In this document: positions 19,966-30,798 of the stretch, one piece after another
How the letters are laid out: every line of letters begins with the position of its first letter
Position numbering within the stretch: the first letter of the stretch is position 1
From: Cyanophyceae cyanobacterium
Lineage (GTDB): Bacteria; Cyanobacteriota; Cyanobacteriia; Cyanobacteriales; Laspinemataceae
Direction: 5' to 3'
DNA length: 64,000 bases
Assembly (NCBI GenBank): GCA_038321985.1
Contig: JBBQFN010000006.1
Coordinates: 32,001-96,000, forward strand
The notes under the pieces: generated by a model
What the model saw: only the letters and a program-made list of their open reading frames with translations
What the model was told of the DNA's origin: nothing
Database searches by the model: none
Made by a program: the position numbers and the translations under genes

Positions 19966-21291
19966 ATGAATGCAGATCATCAACAGTTGCAACAACAACT
20001 GAACCATCTCAAAGAACGCGTGCCGGGATTGAGCAGTCGCCTTTCACAAGCTGCCGTTGAACTGAAAGAAGCGGGAGTCCCCTTAGACGAACGACTGATC
20101 GAGCAACTGGTAGTTTATCGGCAGGATTTTACGGCGCTCAAATCAAGAGCGATCGAAGTGGCAAAAACCTACTCCGTGCCCGGAGTGGTACCACCGACAC
20201 AGATTTCTTCCTTGCACGATGTCCAGGGAATTTTACAGACGATCGCCCGGTCGGGAGGAGAAGTCAACGAGTCCCAAAAAGCGCTACAGTACATCGATCG
20301 CTTTCTGTCTCTGACTCATCGAGAGCAACCGAATTTTGCTCCGTTGCAGCAGGCACAAGCCCAAGCGCGAGAATTGCGTCAGATTATCCTCAACTCCTCC
20401 CCCAGCAACTTTCCCCCAGATGTCCCGGCGTTAATTTCGGGTCAACATCCCTGTTGTGCCTTCCTCACCCTGATCGAACCGGACCCCAATCTACAAGATG
20501 AACAGTGGGAAAGACTGCTAGATTTTTGTGGGCGAGCGTTTGGCAAACCCCTCACTCTCGCCGCAAGTCGAGGAAAATTGCAATTTTCGGGGACGGTGAG
20601 CGCCCCAGCCCCTACGGTAACACCCCCAACCGCAGCACCCCGACGATCGCCTGAAATGGTGGTCATTGCCGGATCCGGTGAGACGGTGGAACCGACAGAT
20701 ACCGAAGCAGAAGTGGAACGCTTACTTTCCCAACAGCCATCGTCACCTCCCTCTAACTTGCCCGATGTGATTATCCTCCCCAGTGCAGACGAGTCGCCCT
20801 CCCCTAGTGCGATCGCTCGTCCTGCACCGAATTTTGCCGCCCCTTCTCCCTCCACTTCAGGGCTTTCTGGTGTGGGAATAGAGGTAGGACTCAACGTTTT
20901 AGTTCATATTGAACGAGTGGGCGATCACCAATTCCATGAACACGAATTTGCTGGAACGCGGGGGAAATCCCTCCGCCTAGAAGGATTTGCTCTGGAAATC
21001 AATCCCCCGATTCCGGGCTTGGGTATTCGCTATATGGCCCATATTCAGGGCAATGGCGATACACCTTGGGTAACTGAGGGTGAGTGGGTTGGTTCTCGGG
21101 GTTCGGGTTTGCGTATTGAGGGTTTGGCGATCGAATTAACGGGTCCCGAGGCTGCTAATTACTCGGTCTATTACAAAGCGCATATTGAGCGAGTCGGGGA
21201 TACGCCGGAGTTTTCTAACGGCGACTTCTGCGGACGTCGCGGCATGGGACTACGGGTGGAAGGGATGGAAATCCATATTGATCGCAAGTAG
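19966..21291 (+). CDS. Helical N-domain, Pro-rich linker and three ChW-like repeats
   Basis: Three copies of (Y)xxHIxxxGD...GxRGxxLR(L/I/V)EGxxI at the C-terminus. Confidence 0.8.
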   Translation: MNADHQQLQQQLNHLKERVPGLSSRLSQAAVELKEAGVPLDERLIEQLVVYRQDFTALKSRAIEVAKTYSVPGVVPPTQISSLHDVQGILQTIARSGGEVNESQKALQYIDRFLSLTHREQPNFAPLQQAQAQARELRQIILNSSPSNFPPDVPALISGQHPCCAFLTLIEPDPNLQDEQWERLLDFCGRAFGKPLTLAASRGKLQFSGTVSAPAPTVTPPTAAPRRSPEMVVIAGSGETVEPTDTEAEVERLLSQQPSSPPSNLPDVIILPSADESPSPSAIARPAPNFAAPSPSTSGLSGVGIEVGLNVLVHIERVGDHQFHEHEFAGTRGKSLRLEGFALEINPPIPGLGIRYMAHIQGNGDTPWVTEGEWVGSRGSGLRIEGLAIELTGPEAANYSVYYKAHIERVGDTPEFSNGDFCGRRGMGLRVEGMEIHIDRK

Positions 21292-21307
21292 AGTCTCGCA
21301 ACAGGAT

Positions 21308-21352
21308 GAGATCCCTAGGACAAGAAACCGGGTTTCTTGTCCTAGGGATCTC
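21308..21352. repeat. Perfect 22-bp inverted repeat with AGAAACCGGGTTTCT core
   Basis: GAGATCCCTAGGACAAGAAACC-G-GGTTTCTTGTCCTAGGGATCTC between convergent genes. Confidence 0.92.
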
Positions 21353-21386
21353 CCGAACTCGGGATTGGGGAGGAGCGATCGCCCGT

Positions 21387-22199
21387 CTATAATCCCGCTA
21401 ACAGACAGAGTAAAAGGGCTTCGGTCCATTCCACAACGGCACCGTAGGTGTCTCCAGTATGACCCCCTAGTTTGTAATTAAACCAAGCGCCGCTGAGGAT
21501 GGCGACTGCACTGCCGCCGGTGACCATTCCGGCGGCTAAAATCCAGGCGTTGCGATCGAGGATGAGTTGTACTCCACTCAATGCCACTAAAAACAGGAAT
21601 CCGGGCAGCAAATTCCAGGGAGACCCCATAGAATCCTGGTGAATGGCTCCTTTACCGGAAACTTTTAAATAGGGATAGCGGGCGATCGCCACTAATTGTC
21701 CCCAGCGTCCCCAACCGGCGGCAGCCATCAGCACAATTACCCGGTTTGCGCTTAAATCACTCAAGGCGGCAATTTTTAGGGCAATTAAGGCCACTGCCGC
21801 CATTACCCCAAATGCCCCGGTGACACTATCTGCCATCACTTCCAGGCGTCTGTGAGGTTCTTGCACCGCCAAACCATCCCCGGTATCGATCGCCCCATCT
21901 AGATGCAATCCGCCGGTAATCGCAATCCAAGCCACCACTACCAGGGTGCTGCGCGTCAGTCCCGGCATGGCTAAAAACTGCAATAGGACATCCAGAAGAC
22001 CCAGCATTCCCCCGACTGCCACTCCCACAAAGGGTGCGTAGCGAGCAATCCCGCGAAACTCTAAAGTCCAACTCAGGGGAACGGGCAAACAGGTATAGAA
22101 TGCAGTCGCTGCCGCCAATCCCGAACCTAGGGTTTTTAATTGGTCTACTTTTGTCTGTACAAACTTAACGCTCTGTCTCACCCGGCGATTAACCCTCAT
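21387..22199 (-). CDS. cobS: Adenosylcobinamide-GDP ribazoletransferase
   Basis: TGGLHLDG, DGL, DSVTGAFG, GGHTGDTYGA. True start may be slightly downstream. Confidence 0.95.
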   Translation of the reverse strand: MRVNRRVRQSVKFVQTKVDQLKTLGSGLAAATAFYTCLPVPLSWTLEFRGIARYAPFVGVAVGGMLGLLDVLLQFLAMPGLTRSTLVVVAWIAITGGLHLDGAIDTGDGLAVQEPHRRLEVMADSVTGAFGVMAAVALIALKIAALSDLSANRVIVLMAAAGWGRWGQLVAIARYPYLKVSGKGAIHQDSMGSPWNLLPGFLFLVALSGVQLILDRNAWILAAGMVTGGSAVAILSGAWFNYKLGGHTGDTYGAVVEWTEALLLCLLAGL

Positions 22200-22403
22200 A
22201 GTAAAAATCTATATTTTTTCAGCCATTTTACTGAGCCGTCCACTTGATCACCTGTGCCAGAATTGGATTGATGAAAGTTATCAGTTGCCGAGCTCGGTTC
22301 GGGATGAGGCGCAACGCTTTCTTTTATTCCCTCTATAGGGCACCCGTCGGAGGGTCTAAAATCCCGAGAGGGTTTCGATTGTAAATTAAAGGCGGTTTCT
22401 ACT

Positions 22404-22859
22404 ATGATGCCAGATCAATCTCCTAACAGCCTGCCTGCTCCCTGCATTGTCGATACAGGTATTGTGGTCAATAAGCAAGATATGTATAGACTCCTTGCCG
22501 ATTTAGGTCGAGTCCGGTACGCACATTTCCAAGAGGGTCATCTCCAAACTCAAGGGGAAGGCTATGTGATGGAAGTTTTTGCTGACCCTCAACGCTCCAC
22601 CTTGATCGCCAATCATCGACTCTATATAAATGTCCAGAGTTTTGATTGTTTAGAACTAAAACAATCCTCGGAATCTGAATCTTACTTCGATCTTGTTCAA
22701 GATGACCGTCAATTGCGATTGCTTCCTCTGTCTAACCCGCTCAAGGAGCCATCTCCTAGAAATTTTGATAGCGCCGCCGCTTTAGAGGCCGTATTGCGAG
22801 AGGTCCTCATTGCTAAATTAGATGCCGAAATTGATGATGAGGGAATGTTGCCCTTTTGA
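22404..22859 (+). CDS. Hypothetical protein
   Basis: 151-aa ORF upstream of tgt with globular composition. Confidence 0.75.
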   Translation: MMPDQSPNSLPAPCIVDTGIVVNKQDMYRLLADLGRVRYAHFQEGHLQTQGEGYVMEVFADPQRSTLIANHRLYINVQSFDCLELKQSSESESYFDLVQDDRQLRLLPLSNPLKEPSPRNFDSAAALEAVLREVLIAKLDAEIDDEGMLPF

Positions 22860-22997
22860 GAGGCGATCGCCGCTTCCTATTTAAACTTAATTTTCTTACT
22901 AATTCTGCTACTTTTTAACCGCAGTCTCTATTTTTCATGCCTCCTAAATTACTTATTGTCAAGAGGCGGGTATAATGGGTTGAAATTTACACAGTAA

Positions 22998-24119
<1,122 letters not shown>

Positions 24120-24233
24120 ACTCTGGCTGTCTTCACCGAGGAGTTTCCCGAGCAGAAAAATGAAATCCAAATCCTCCCGTATGTTAAAATCTGTGTCGAT
24201 TATTAAATTTGTGTTTGAGAGGGAGATATCAAC

Positions 24234-24371
24234 ATGGAAGCAGCACTACTACTGGCAAAACTACCGGAAGCCTACTCGATTTTCGATCCCCTGGTAGATG
24301 TTTTGCCAATTATCCCCGTGTTTTTCTTGTTGCTGGCTTTCGTGTGGCAAGCAGCGGTCGGGTTCAGATAA
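24234..24371 (+). CDS. psbK: Photosystem II reaction centre protein K (absent from ORF track)
   Basis: Translates to [45 protein letters not shown], with GGAG RBS upstream. Confidence 0.98.
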   Translation: MEAALLLAKLPEAYSIFDPLVDVLPIIPVFFLLLAFVWQAAVGFR

Positions 24372-24408
24372 ATTACCGACTTCAATCCAACGGAAAGGCC
24401 ATAAAAAT

Positions 24409-24440
24409 GGAAAGGGGCGCTCATTCGAGCGCCCCTTTCC
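24409..24440. terminator. Hairpin between convergent psbK and GST genes
   Basis: GGAAAGGGGCGCTC-ATTC-GAGCGCCCCTTTCC, perfect 14-bp stem. An A-run on the left gives a U-tail for the minus strand. Confidence 0.85.
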
Positions 24441-24469
24441 TGCTCTAAAACTTCCCCGAGATTAAGTGA

Positions 24470-25030
24470 CTAGGAACGGGAACCGATGGTTTTTTGAAAT
24501 GCAGGGCGATCGCTGATCCGTTTGATATATTCAACCACTGCCGGATACTCCCCCAAATCAAGATTGAGCATCATCTGGGTGTAAGCGAGCATCGAACCCA
24601 CTGCAACATCAGCGACGGTAAAATCTTGGCCCACCAAAAAGGTTTGGGTGCCAAAAATTTGGTTTAGGGGCTTCATCAATCGACCCAATTCGCGATCGCG
24701 GTTGGACTCGATAAAAATTCCTGGACCAAAAGTAGCATTCGCAAACAGCACCCACTGTACCAGAGTGGCTTCTTCTTCCGGCGACTTCCCGCCATTGCCG
24801 TACTTTTGGGCTAAATACACTAAAATCGCCCCGGATTCCCAGAGTGGAAACTCTCCATCCACGATCGCCGGGACTTTTCCTAGGGGGTTAATCTTCAGGT
24901 AATCCGGCTGTAAGTGTTCCCCCGACTGCATATCTAACAACACAAATTCATAGGGTATCCCCAGTTCTTCTAGGTACCACTGGACGATGGCTGCCCGAGA
25001 ACGAACACCGCCATAAAGTTTTAATGTCAC
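24470..25030 (-). CDS. Glutathione S-transferase
   Basis: SRA, INPLGKVP, LWESGAI, FTVADV. Confidence 0.95.
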   Translation of the reverse strand: MTLKLYGGVRSRAAIVQWYLEELGIPYEFVLLDMQSGEHLQPDYLKINPLGKVPAIVDGEFPLWESGAILVYLAQKYGNGGKSPEEEATLVQWVLFANATFGPGIFIESNRDRELGRLMKPLNQIFGTQTFLVGQDFTVADVAVGSMLAYTQMMLNLDLGEYPAVVEYIKRISDRPAFQKTIGSRS

Positions 25031-25298
25031 TTCACCACTTCCTATCTTGCAATCGTTATTCTCATGATTTTAAGCCGTGATGAGAAGAGTAGAAACCCAA
25101 ACTTCTGAGATGGCAAGGTTTTAAGCGTTACCATTTTTCATATAACCTGGTTAATACAAGCGCGATCGCAACAGCTTCGCCTATGCTGATTGTCTGCGAT
25201 CGAAGCGGGTCCCGCATCTATCCCGGACCGTTCAAAACTCCAGCGCCATTGATTTAAAGTTATAGAGAGCTCCCATCCGTTGCCAAGATTCGGGATTT

Positions 25299-26642
25299 AT
25301 GCAAGACAATAGCCAAAATTTCTTTCGCCTCCCACCAGAATTATCCAGTCAAGAACCCCTGAGCTCGGAAGGCCAAAAATCAAACTTCCTCACCCCAGAT
25401 TTAAAAAACAAAGACCTCATTGGTGCATCCCTGCGCGGTTCTTACCTTCGAGATGCGGACTTGAGCGGCGCGAACTTGAGCGAAGCCATTCTCTGTTATG
25501 CCGATTTGATTGGGGCAAATTTAAAAGGTGCGAACCTGAGTGGCGCGGATCTCAGCGATGCCAATTTAAACTTAGCCAATCTCAGCGAGAGCAACTTAAC
25601 CGGAGCCAACTTCAAAGGTGCCCTGCTAGTCGGAACCGATCTGAGTGAGGCAGATCTGCGCGGTGCGAGTCTCAAAGGAGCCAACTTAATCGGGGCCACT
25701 CTTGCGGAAGCCAATCTCAGTGGTGCCAACTTAAGCGGAACCGATCTGAGTGAGGCGGATCTGCGCGGCACGATTCTGCAAAAGGCGGTTTATGATTTGA
25801 GGACTCGCTTCTGTGAGGGTCTCGACCCCCAGACAACCGGCGCTTACCTGATTGGGTCCGATGTTTCCCTAGCGGGAGCGAACCTCAGCGGGGTGGATTT
25901 GAGTGGATTTAACCTCAAACGTGCAGATCTGCGGGGGGCAAATTTGCGCTATGCCAAGTTAACCTTGGCAAATTTAGAGGGAGCCAATCTCTTTAGAGCC
26001 AACTTGAGTGGGGCGAATCTCACGGGAGCTAATCTTAAAGCGACTAACTTTCAAAAGGCGGTTTACGATTTAAAAACCATCGTCAGCGAAGGTATAGACC
26101 TAAGTTTAGCAGGAGCCTACTGGATTGCACCGAATGTCTCTTTATCGGAAGTGAACCTCGTCGGGGTGGATCTCAGTGGAGCGGATTTAAGAGGCGCGAG
26201 CTTAGGGAGCGCCAATTTAAGCGACGCCGACATGACGGGAACGGATTTGTCCGGGGCCAATCTGAGAAAAGCCTATTTAGCGGATGCCAATATGAAAGGG
26301 TCCGATCTGCGAGGGGCGGATATGATTGGGGCAAGTTTAAATAAGGTGAATTTGACTCAAGCGGATTTGCGAGAGGCGGACTTAACTCGGGCTGACTTGC
26401 GCGGGGCGAATTTAAGATTAGCAGATTTGCGAGAAGCGGACTTAACTGGGGCGAGTTTAAATCAGGTGAATTTGAGCGAAGCGGATTTGCGCGGGGTGGA
26501 TTTAACTCGGGCTGACTTGCGCGGGGCCAATTTGAGCGGGGCGGATTTAAGAACAGCAGATTTGACGAAGACTAATTTACAGTGGGCTAATCTGGAGGGA
26601 GCTAATCTCACGGATGTGGATGTCAGCACGATCGTGCAGTAA
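25299..26642 (+). CDS. Pentapeptide repeat protein
   Basis: Long A(D/N)LxxA array with two QKAVYD...EGxD...GAY interruptions. Confidence 0.93.
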   Translation: MQDNSQNFFRLPPELSSQEPLSSEGQKSNFLTPDLKNKDLIGASLRGSYLRDADLSGANLSEAILCYADLIGANLKGANLSGADLSDANLNLANLSESNLTGANFKGALLVGTDLSEADLRGASLKGANLIGATLAEANLSGANLSGTDLSEADLRGTILQKAVYDLRTRFCEGLDPQTTGAYLIGSDVSLAGANLSGVDLSGFNLKRADLRGANLRYAKLTLANLEGANLFRANLSGANLTGANLKATNFQKAVYDLKTIVSEGIDLSLAGAYWIAPNVSLSEVNLVGVDLSGADLRGASLGSANLSDADMTGTDLSGANLRKAYLADANMKGSDLRGADMIGASLNKVNLTQADLREADLTRADLRGANLRLADLREADLTGASLNQVNLSEADLRGVDLTRADLRGANLSGADLRTADLTKTNLQWANLEGANLTDVDVSTIVQ

Positions 26643-26803
26643 GGGTTAGGGATTGTCGGGAAGTCAATGCCGCAGGGTACAGTCGCCTTTGTCTTACGAT
26701 GGGTGCGTGATTGAAAAGGACGGATGCAGGGGTGCTGGAAGTACAGCAGGCTTGGAGTTCGATACAATGGTTCAGTATATTTCATACTGGGGGGCGATCG
26801 CTC

Positions 26804-29719
26804 GTGTCTGCAACTTCTCCTACTTTTATCCTGGTTGATGGTCATTCTTTGGCCTTTCGTTCCTATTATGCCTTGGCAAAAAGTCGCGATGGAGGTTTGA
26901 GTACCTCTACGGGAATTCCGACGAGTGTCTCGTTTGGGTTTCTCAAGTCGCTGATTGAGGTGATGACGGTACAAGATCCTCAATATTTGGCTGTCGCCTT
27001 TGATTTGGGGTTGCCGACGTTTCGCCACGAAGCGGATGATACTTATAAGAGCGATCGCGCGGAAACGCCGGAAGATTTTATTACGGACCTTAAATATTTA
27101 CAAGAATTACTAACGGCGCTTAATCTTCAAATTGTCACTGCGCCGGGTTATGAAGCGGATGATGTATTAGGAACTTTGGCAACCCGAGCAAGTGAGGCGG
27201 GTTTTCAGGTGAAAATTTTAACTGGCGATCGCGATTTATTTCAATTGGTTAATACAGAAAAACAGATTAGCGTTCTCTATTTAGGTCGAGATGCGTTCGG
27301 GCGATCGGGTAGGGCAAAATCCCAGGAATTTGGGCCAGAACAGGTGCAAGAGAAGATGGGAATTCCTCCGGAATTAGTAGTAGATTATAAAGCCTTATGC
27401 GGGGATGCTTCAGATAATATTCCCGGGGTAAAAGGGATTGGAGATAAGACGGCAATTAAGTTGCTGACAACTTATGGAAGTTTGGATAAGGTTTACGAGG
27501 CACTACAGGAAATTAAAGGCGCAAATCATAAAAAACTAGCAGAAGGGAAAGGGGAGGCTTATCATTCCCAACACTTAGCGCGAATTGTGATAGATGTTCC
27601 CTTAGAACTGGAATTAGCTCAGTGCCAGTTGCGCGGATTTGATGAAACGGAGGTAATTCCCCGCTTGGAACAACTGGAATTTAAGTCCTTTTTACCCAAA
27701 GTAAAGCAACTTCAAGAACGGTTTGGAGGAGGACCTTTAGTAGGGGAGAGTAAGGGAGGAGAACAAGCATCTAACAAAAAAACATCGAGAGGATTAGAAG
27801 ATGATGATCTATTTTTTTGGACAGCAGAAGACACAGAAGCGGCAACAGAAATTGCCCCTTCGCCGATCGCCCCAGAAATTATTGATACAACGGATAAGCT
27901 GAAGGAATTAGTAAAACGCCTAGAAACTTATAGAGATTCGGCGCATCCGGTAGCTTGGGATACGGAGACAACCGATTTAGAACCGCGAGATTCAGAATTG
28001 GTGGGAATAGGTTGTTGTTGGGGAACTGGGGAGGGGGATTTAGCCTACATTGCGATCGGACATAAAACCGGCCAGACTTTGCCTTTAACTCAGGTATTAG
28101 ATGCGTTACGTCCTATTTTAGAAAGTAGCAACTATCCTAAATCTTTCCATAATGCTAAATTTGACCGCCTGGTATTGCGGTGTCAGGGAATCAAACTCGC
28201 AGGGGTGGTATTTGATACAATGCTTGCTAGTTACATTATTAATCCCGAAACCACCCATAATCTGACCGATGTCTCCAGCCGATATTTAGAAGTAACGGCA
28301 GAAAGTTATAAAAGTTTAGGACTTGCCAAAGGAAAAACCATCGCCGATTTATCTATTCCTCAAGCTGCCCAATATTGCGGTTTGGATGTTTATACTACTT
28401 ATCAGTTAGTCGGGAAACTGCAAGAAGAACTGGCGGATAAATCCCAACTGCATCAACTGCTGCTAGAGGTAGAACAACCCCTAGAACCTGTATTAGCTGA
28501 ATTGGAATATACCGGGATTAGAATCGATAGCGACTATTTGGGGACGCTATCTAAACAATTAGAGAAGCAATTGCAGGATATAGAAATTAAAGCCTATCAA
28601 GAGGCGGGAGAAGAATTTAATTTAGGGTCGCCCAAACAACTGAGTTATATTTTATTTGAAAAATTAGACTTGCCCATTAGTAAATCTCGCCGAACTAAAA
28701 CAGGTTACTCAACGGATGCAGCCGTGTTGGAAAGGCTGCAAGGGGAGCATCCCCTGGTCGATTTAATTATTGAAAATCGCACGTTAGCCAAATTAAAATC
28801 AACTTATGTCGATGCGCTACCGCTGATGGTGCGAGGAGATACCCAGCGGGTGCATACCAATTTTAATCAAGCTGCAACCGCAACGGGAAGATTGTCTTCT
28901 TCTAATCCTAATTTACAGAATATTCCGATTAGAACCGAATTTTCTAGACAAATTCGTTCAGCATTTCTACCGGAATCGGGCTGGTTATTGGTATCGGCAG
29001 ATTATTCTCAAATTGAGTTACGCATTTTGGCACATTTGAGTCAAGAACCTGTGTTAATTGAGGCATATCAAAATAACCGAGACGTGCATACGGTGACGGC
29101 ACAATTACTATTTGATAAAGAGACGGTAACGGCAGACGAAAGACGGATGGGGAAAACGATTAACTTTGGAGTGATTTATGGGATGGGTTCGGTACGATTT
29201 GCTCGGTCGATCGGGAAAACATCCCAGGAAGGAAAGGAATTTATCCAGCGGTTTTATCAGCGTTACAAGAAGGTTTTTGAATATTTGAATGGGTTACAAA
29301 AGGAGGCGATCGCCCAAGGGTATGTAGAAACTCTTTTAGGGAGACGTCGGTATTTTGAATTTCAAGGGGAAAGTCTGATAAAACTACAAGGAACCTCTCC
29401 AGAGGCGATTGATTTGGACAAACTTAAGAATATGGGAATGCAAGATTCTCAAAATTTGCGGGCTGCTGCTAATGCACCCATTCAAGGGTCAAGTGCGGAT
29501 ATTATTAAGGTAGCAATGGTGAAAATACATGAAGTTTTAAAAGACTATAAAGCCAAATTATTGCTGCAAGTCCATGATGAATTAGTGTTTGAAGTTCCTC
29601 CGCAAGAGTGGGAGGAGTTGCAGCCTAAAATTAAGTCAACAATGGAAATGGCAGTTCCACTTTCGGTTCCGTTGATGGTGGATATTCATGTTGGAGATAA
29701 TTGGATGGAAGCGAAGTAA
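26804..29719 (+). CDS. polA: DNA polymerase I
   Basis: 5'-3' exonuclease (VDGHS, YEADD, GDASDNIPGV), 3'-5' exonuclease (DTET) and polymerase motifs (DYSQIELR, KTINFGVIYG, QVHDEL). GTG at 26804 is the likely start. Confidence 0.98.
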   Translation: MSATSPTFILVDGHSLAFRSYYALAKSRDGGLSTSTGIPTSVSFGFLKSLIEVMTVQDPQYLAVAFDLGLPTFRHEADDTYKSDRAETPEDFITDLKYLQELLTALNLQIVTAPGYEADDVLGTLATRASEAGFQVKILTGDRDLFQLVNTEKQISVLYLGRDAFGRSGRAKSQEFGPEQVQEKMGIPPELVVDYKALCGDASDNIPGVKGIGDKTAIKLLTTYGSLDKVYEALQEIKGANHKKLAEGKGEAYHSQHLARIVIDVPLELELAQCQLRGFDETEVIPRLEQLEFKSFLPKVKQLQERFGGGPLVGESKGGEQASNKKTSRGLEDDDLFFWTAEDTEAATEIAPSPIAPEIIDTTDKLKELVKRLETYRDSAHPVAWDTETTDLEPRDSELVGIGCCWGTGEGDLAYIAIGHKTGQTLPLTQVLDALRPILESSNYPKSFHNAKFDRLVLRCQGIKLAGVVFDTMLASYIINPETTHNLTDVSSRYLEVTAESYKSLGLAKGKTIADLSIPQAAQYCGLDVYTTYQLVGKLQEELADKSQLHQLLLEVEQPLEPVLAELEYTGIRIDSDYLGTLSKQLEKQLQDIEIKAYQEAGEEFNLGSPKQLSYILFEKLDLPISKSRRTKTGYSTDAAVLERLQGEHPLVDLIIENRTLAKLKSTYVDALPLMVRGDTQRVHTNFNQAATATGRLSSSNPNLQNIPIRTEFSRQIRSAFLPESGWLLVSADYSQIELRILAHLSQEPVLIEAYQNNRDVHTVTAQLLFDKETVTADERRMGKTINFGVIYGMGSVRFARSIGKTSQEGKEFIQRFYQRYKKVFEYLNGLQKEAIAQGYVETLLGRRRYFEFQGESLIKLQGTSPEAIDLDKLKNMGMQDSQNLRAAANAPIQGSSADIIKVAMVKIHEVLKDYKAKLLLQVHDELVFEVPPQEWEELQPKIKSTMEMAVPLSVPLMVDIHVGDNWMEAK

Positions 29720-30003
29720 GTTGCAACCGCAGGGCTGGCAATTTCTGGCGATCGCCCCTCTGATGTGCGAAAATATGGCAAATACTCTCACTTTAGAGTC
29801 ATTTGTAGCCCTCTCTAGATCCGTGGGGGAATTGCAGTTTGTGCCGATTCCGGTGTAATTTTAAAGACTGCAATCCTTCACCGTGGAATCTTTCCTCACC
29901 CTCCTGGGTGCTTTGGGGATAAAACTAGAGGTAACTCTACCTTGAAGCGACTGAGGAGTGAGGTAAAATCTTTAAAGGGGTCAGAGATTTAGGCTAACGC
30001 TTC

Positions 30004-30798
30004 TCAGGTGAGGCGATCGCCTATTTGCACTGACCCTGGGGTGATAATTTTAGCCAGTACGCCAGTTTGTAAATGTCCATATCGGCTTTGTAAGACGGAT
30101 AATAAATTCAAATTGCGATCGCCGGTTTCTGGATCAACTTCGATATTGGCACAGCGCCCAATTCTGGCAGTAATCGCTATCTTAGCTTCTCCTAAGTAAC
30201 ATTCTTGTCCCACCCGATTAAATTCTTCCCAGGGTGCAACTCCTTCTAGTAAAATATTAGGGCGAAATCGGCGCACATCTACAGGAATTTCGCAGGCTTC
30301 ACTTAACTCATCTAAGGTGGCTTGACTCATTAGGGAAATATGGAAAGGTGCACGATCAGGATAGCGAGTTTCGCCGCTGCAAATACCGACTAAATGTAAG
30401 GGCGACTGCTGCGGATGTCGCGCTTCGGGGGTGGGTTCTGCGTCAGCCAAAAATTCGCTAAAAAATCTACTGATGCGATCGCGTCCTTCTTTTATTTCAG
30501 TTCCCGATTCTAATTGAGTTACTCCCTGATGTCGCACGGTTAACCAATCGCTACTGGGATCATAGAAACACTCTAGCTGTGCCAATTTCGGCCAGTCATT
30601 CTGAACGGCAAAATGTCCTTTACTCATCCAAGGGACGATGTTTGAGGCTTCGGTTTCACTGTTATCTAAAAACATCAAAGCAAAGGCGCGATCGCCCCGA
30701 ATACCCCGTTCACATTCTAGTTCAACCCGATGGATGGGATGAGGTGTCAATCCTTTAATAGGATAGGAGAATAACTGCTTAACTCTAGCTTCGTTCAA
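30004..30798 (-). CDS. MOSC domain protein
   Basis: YPIKG, GDRAF, RRFRPNI, RC motif. Start overlaps the FTR1 stop by 4 bp. Confidence 0.9.
   Translation of the reverse strand: MNEARVKQLFSYPIKGLTPHPIHRVELECERGIRGDRAFALMFLDNSETEASNIVPWMSKGHFAVQNDWPKLAQLECFYDPSSDWLTVRHQGVTQLESGTEIKEGRDRISRFFSEFLADAEPTPEARHPQQSPLHLVGICSGETRYPDRAPFHISLMSQATLDELSEACEIPVDVRRFRPNILLEGVAPWEEFNRVGQECYLGEAKIAITARIGRCANIEVDPETGDRNLNLLSVLQSRYGHLQTGVLAKIITPGSVQIGDRLT

Noticed and set aside
24209..24448. 79-aa ORF in the track
   Set aside because: Out-of-frame shadow of psbK (24234-24371).
26711..26803. N-terminal extensions in track ORFs (polA; also 4417, 9020, 13471, 19706, 34525, 50534)
   Set aside because: Longest-ORF artefacts. 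Family-typical N-termini begin at the downstream starts given in the features.
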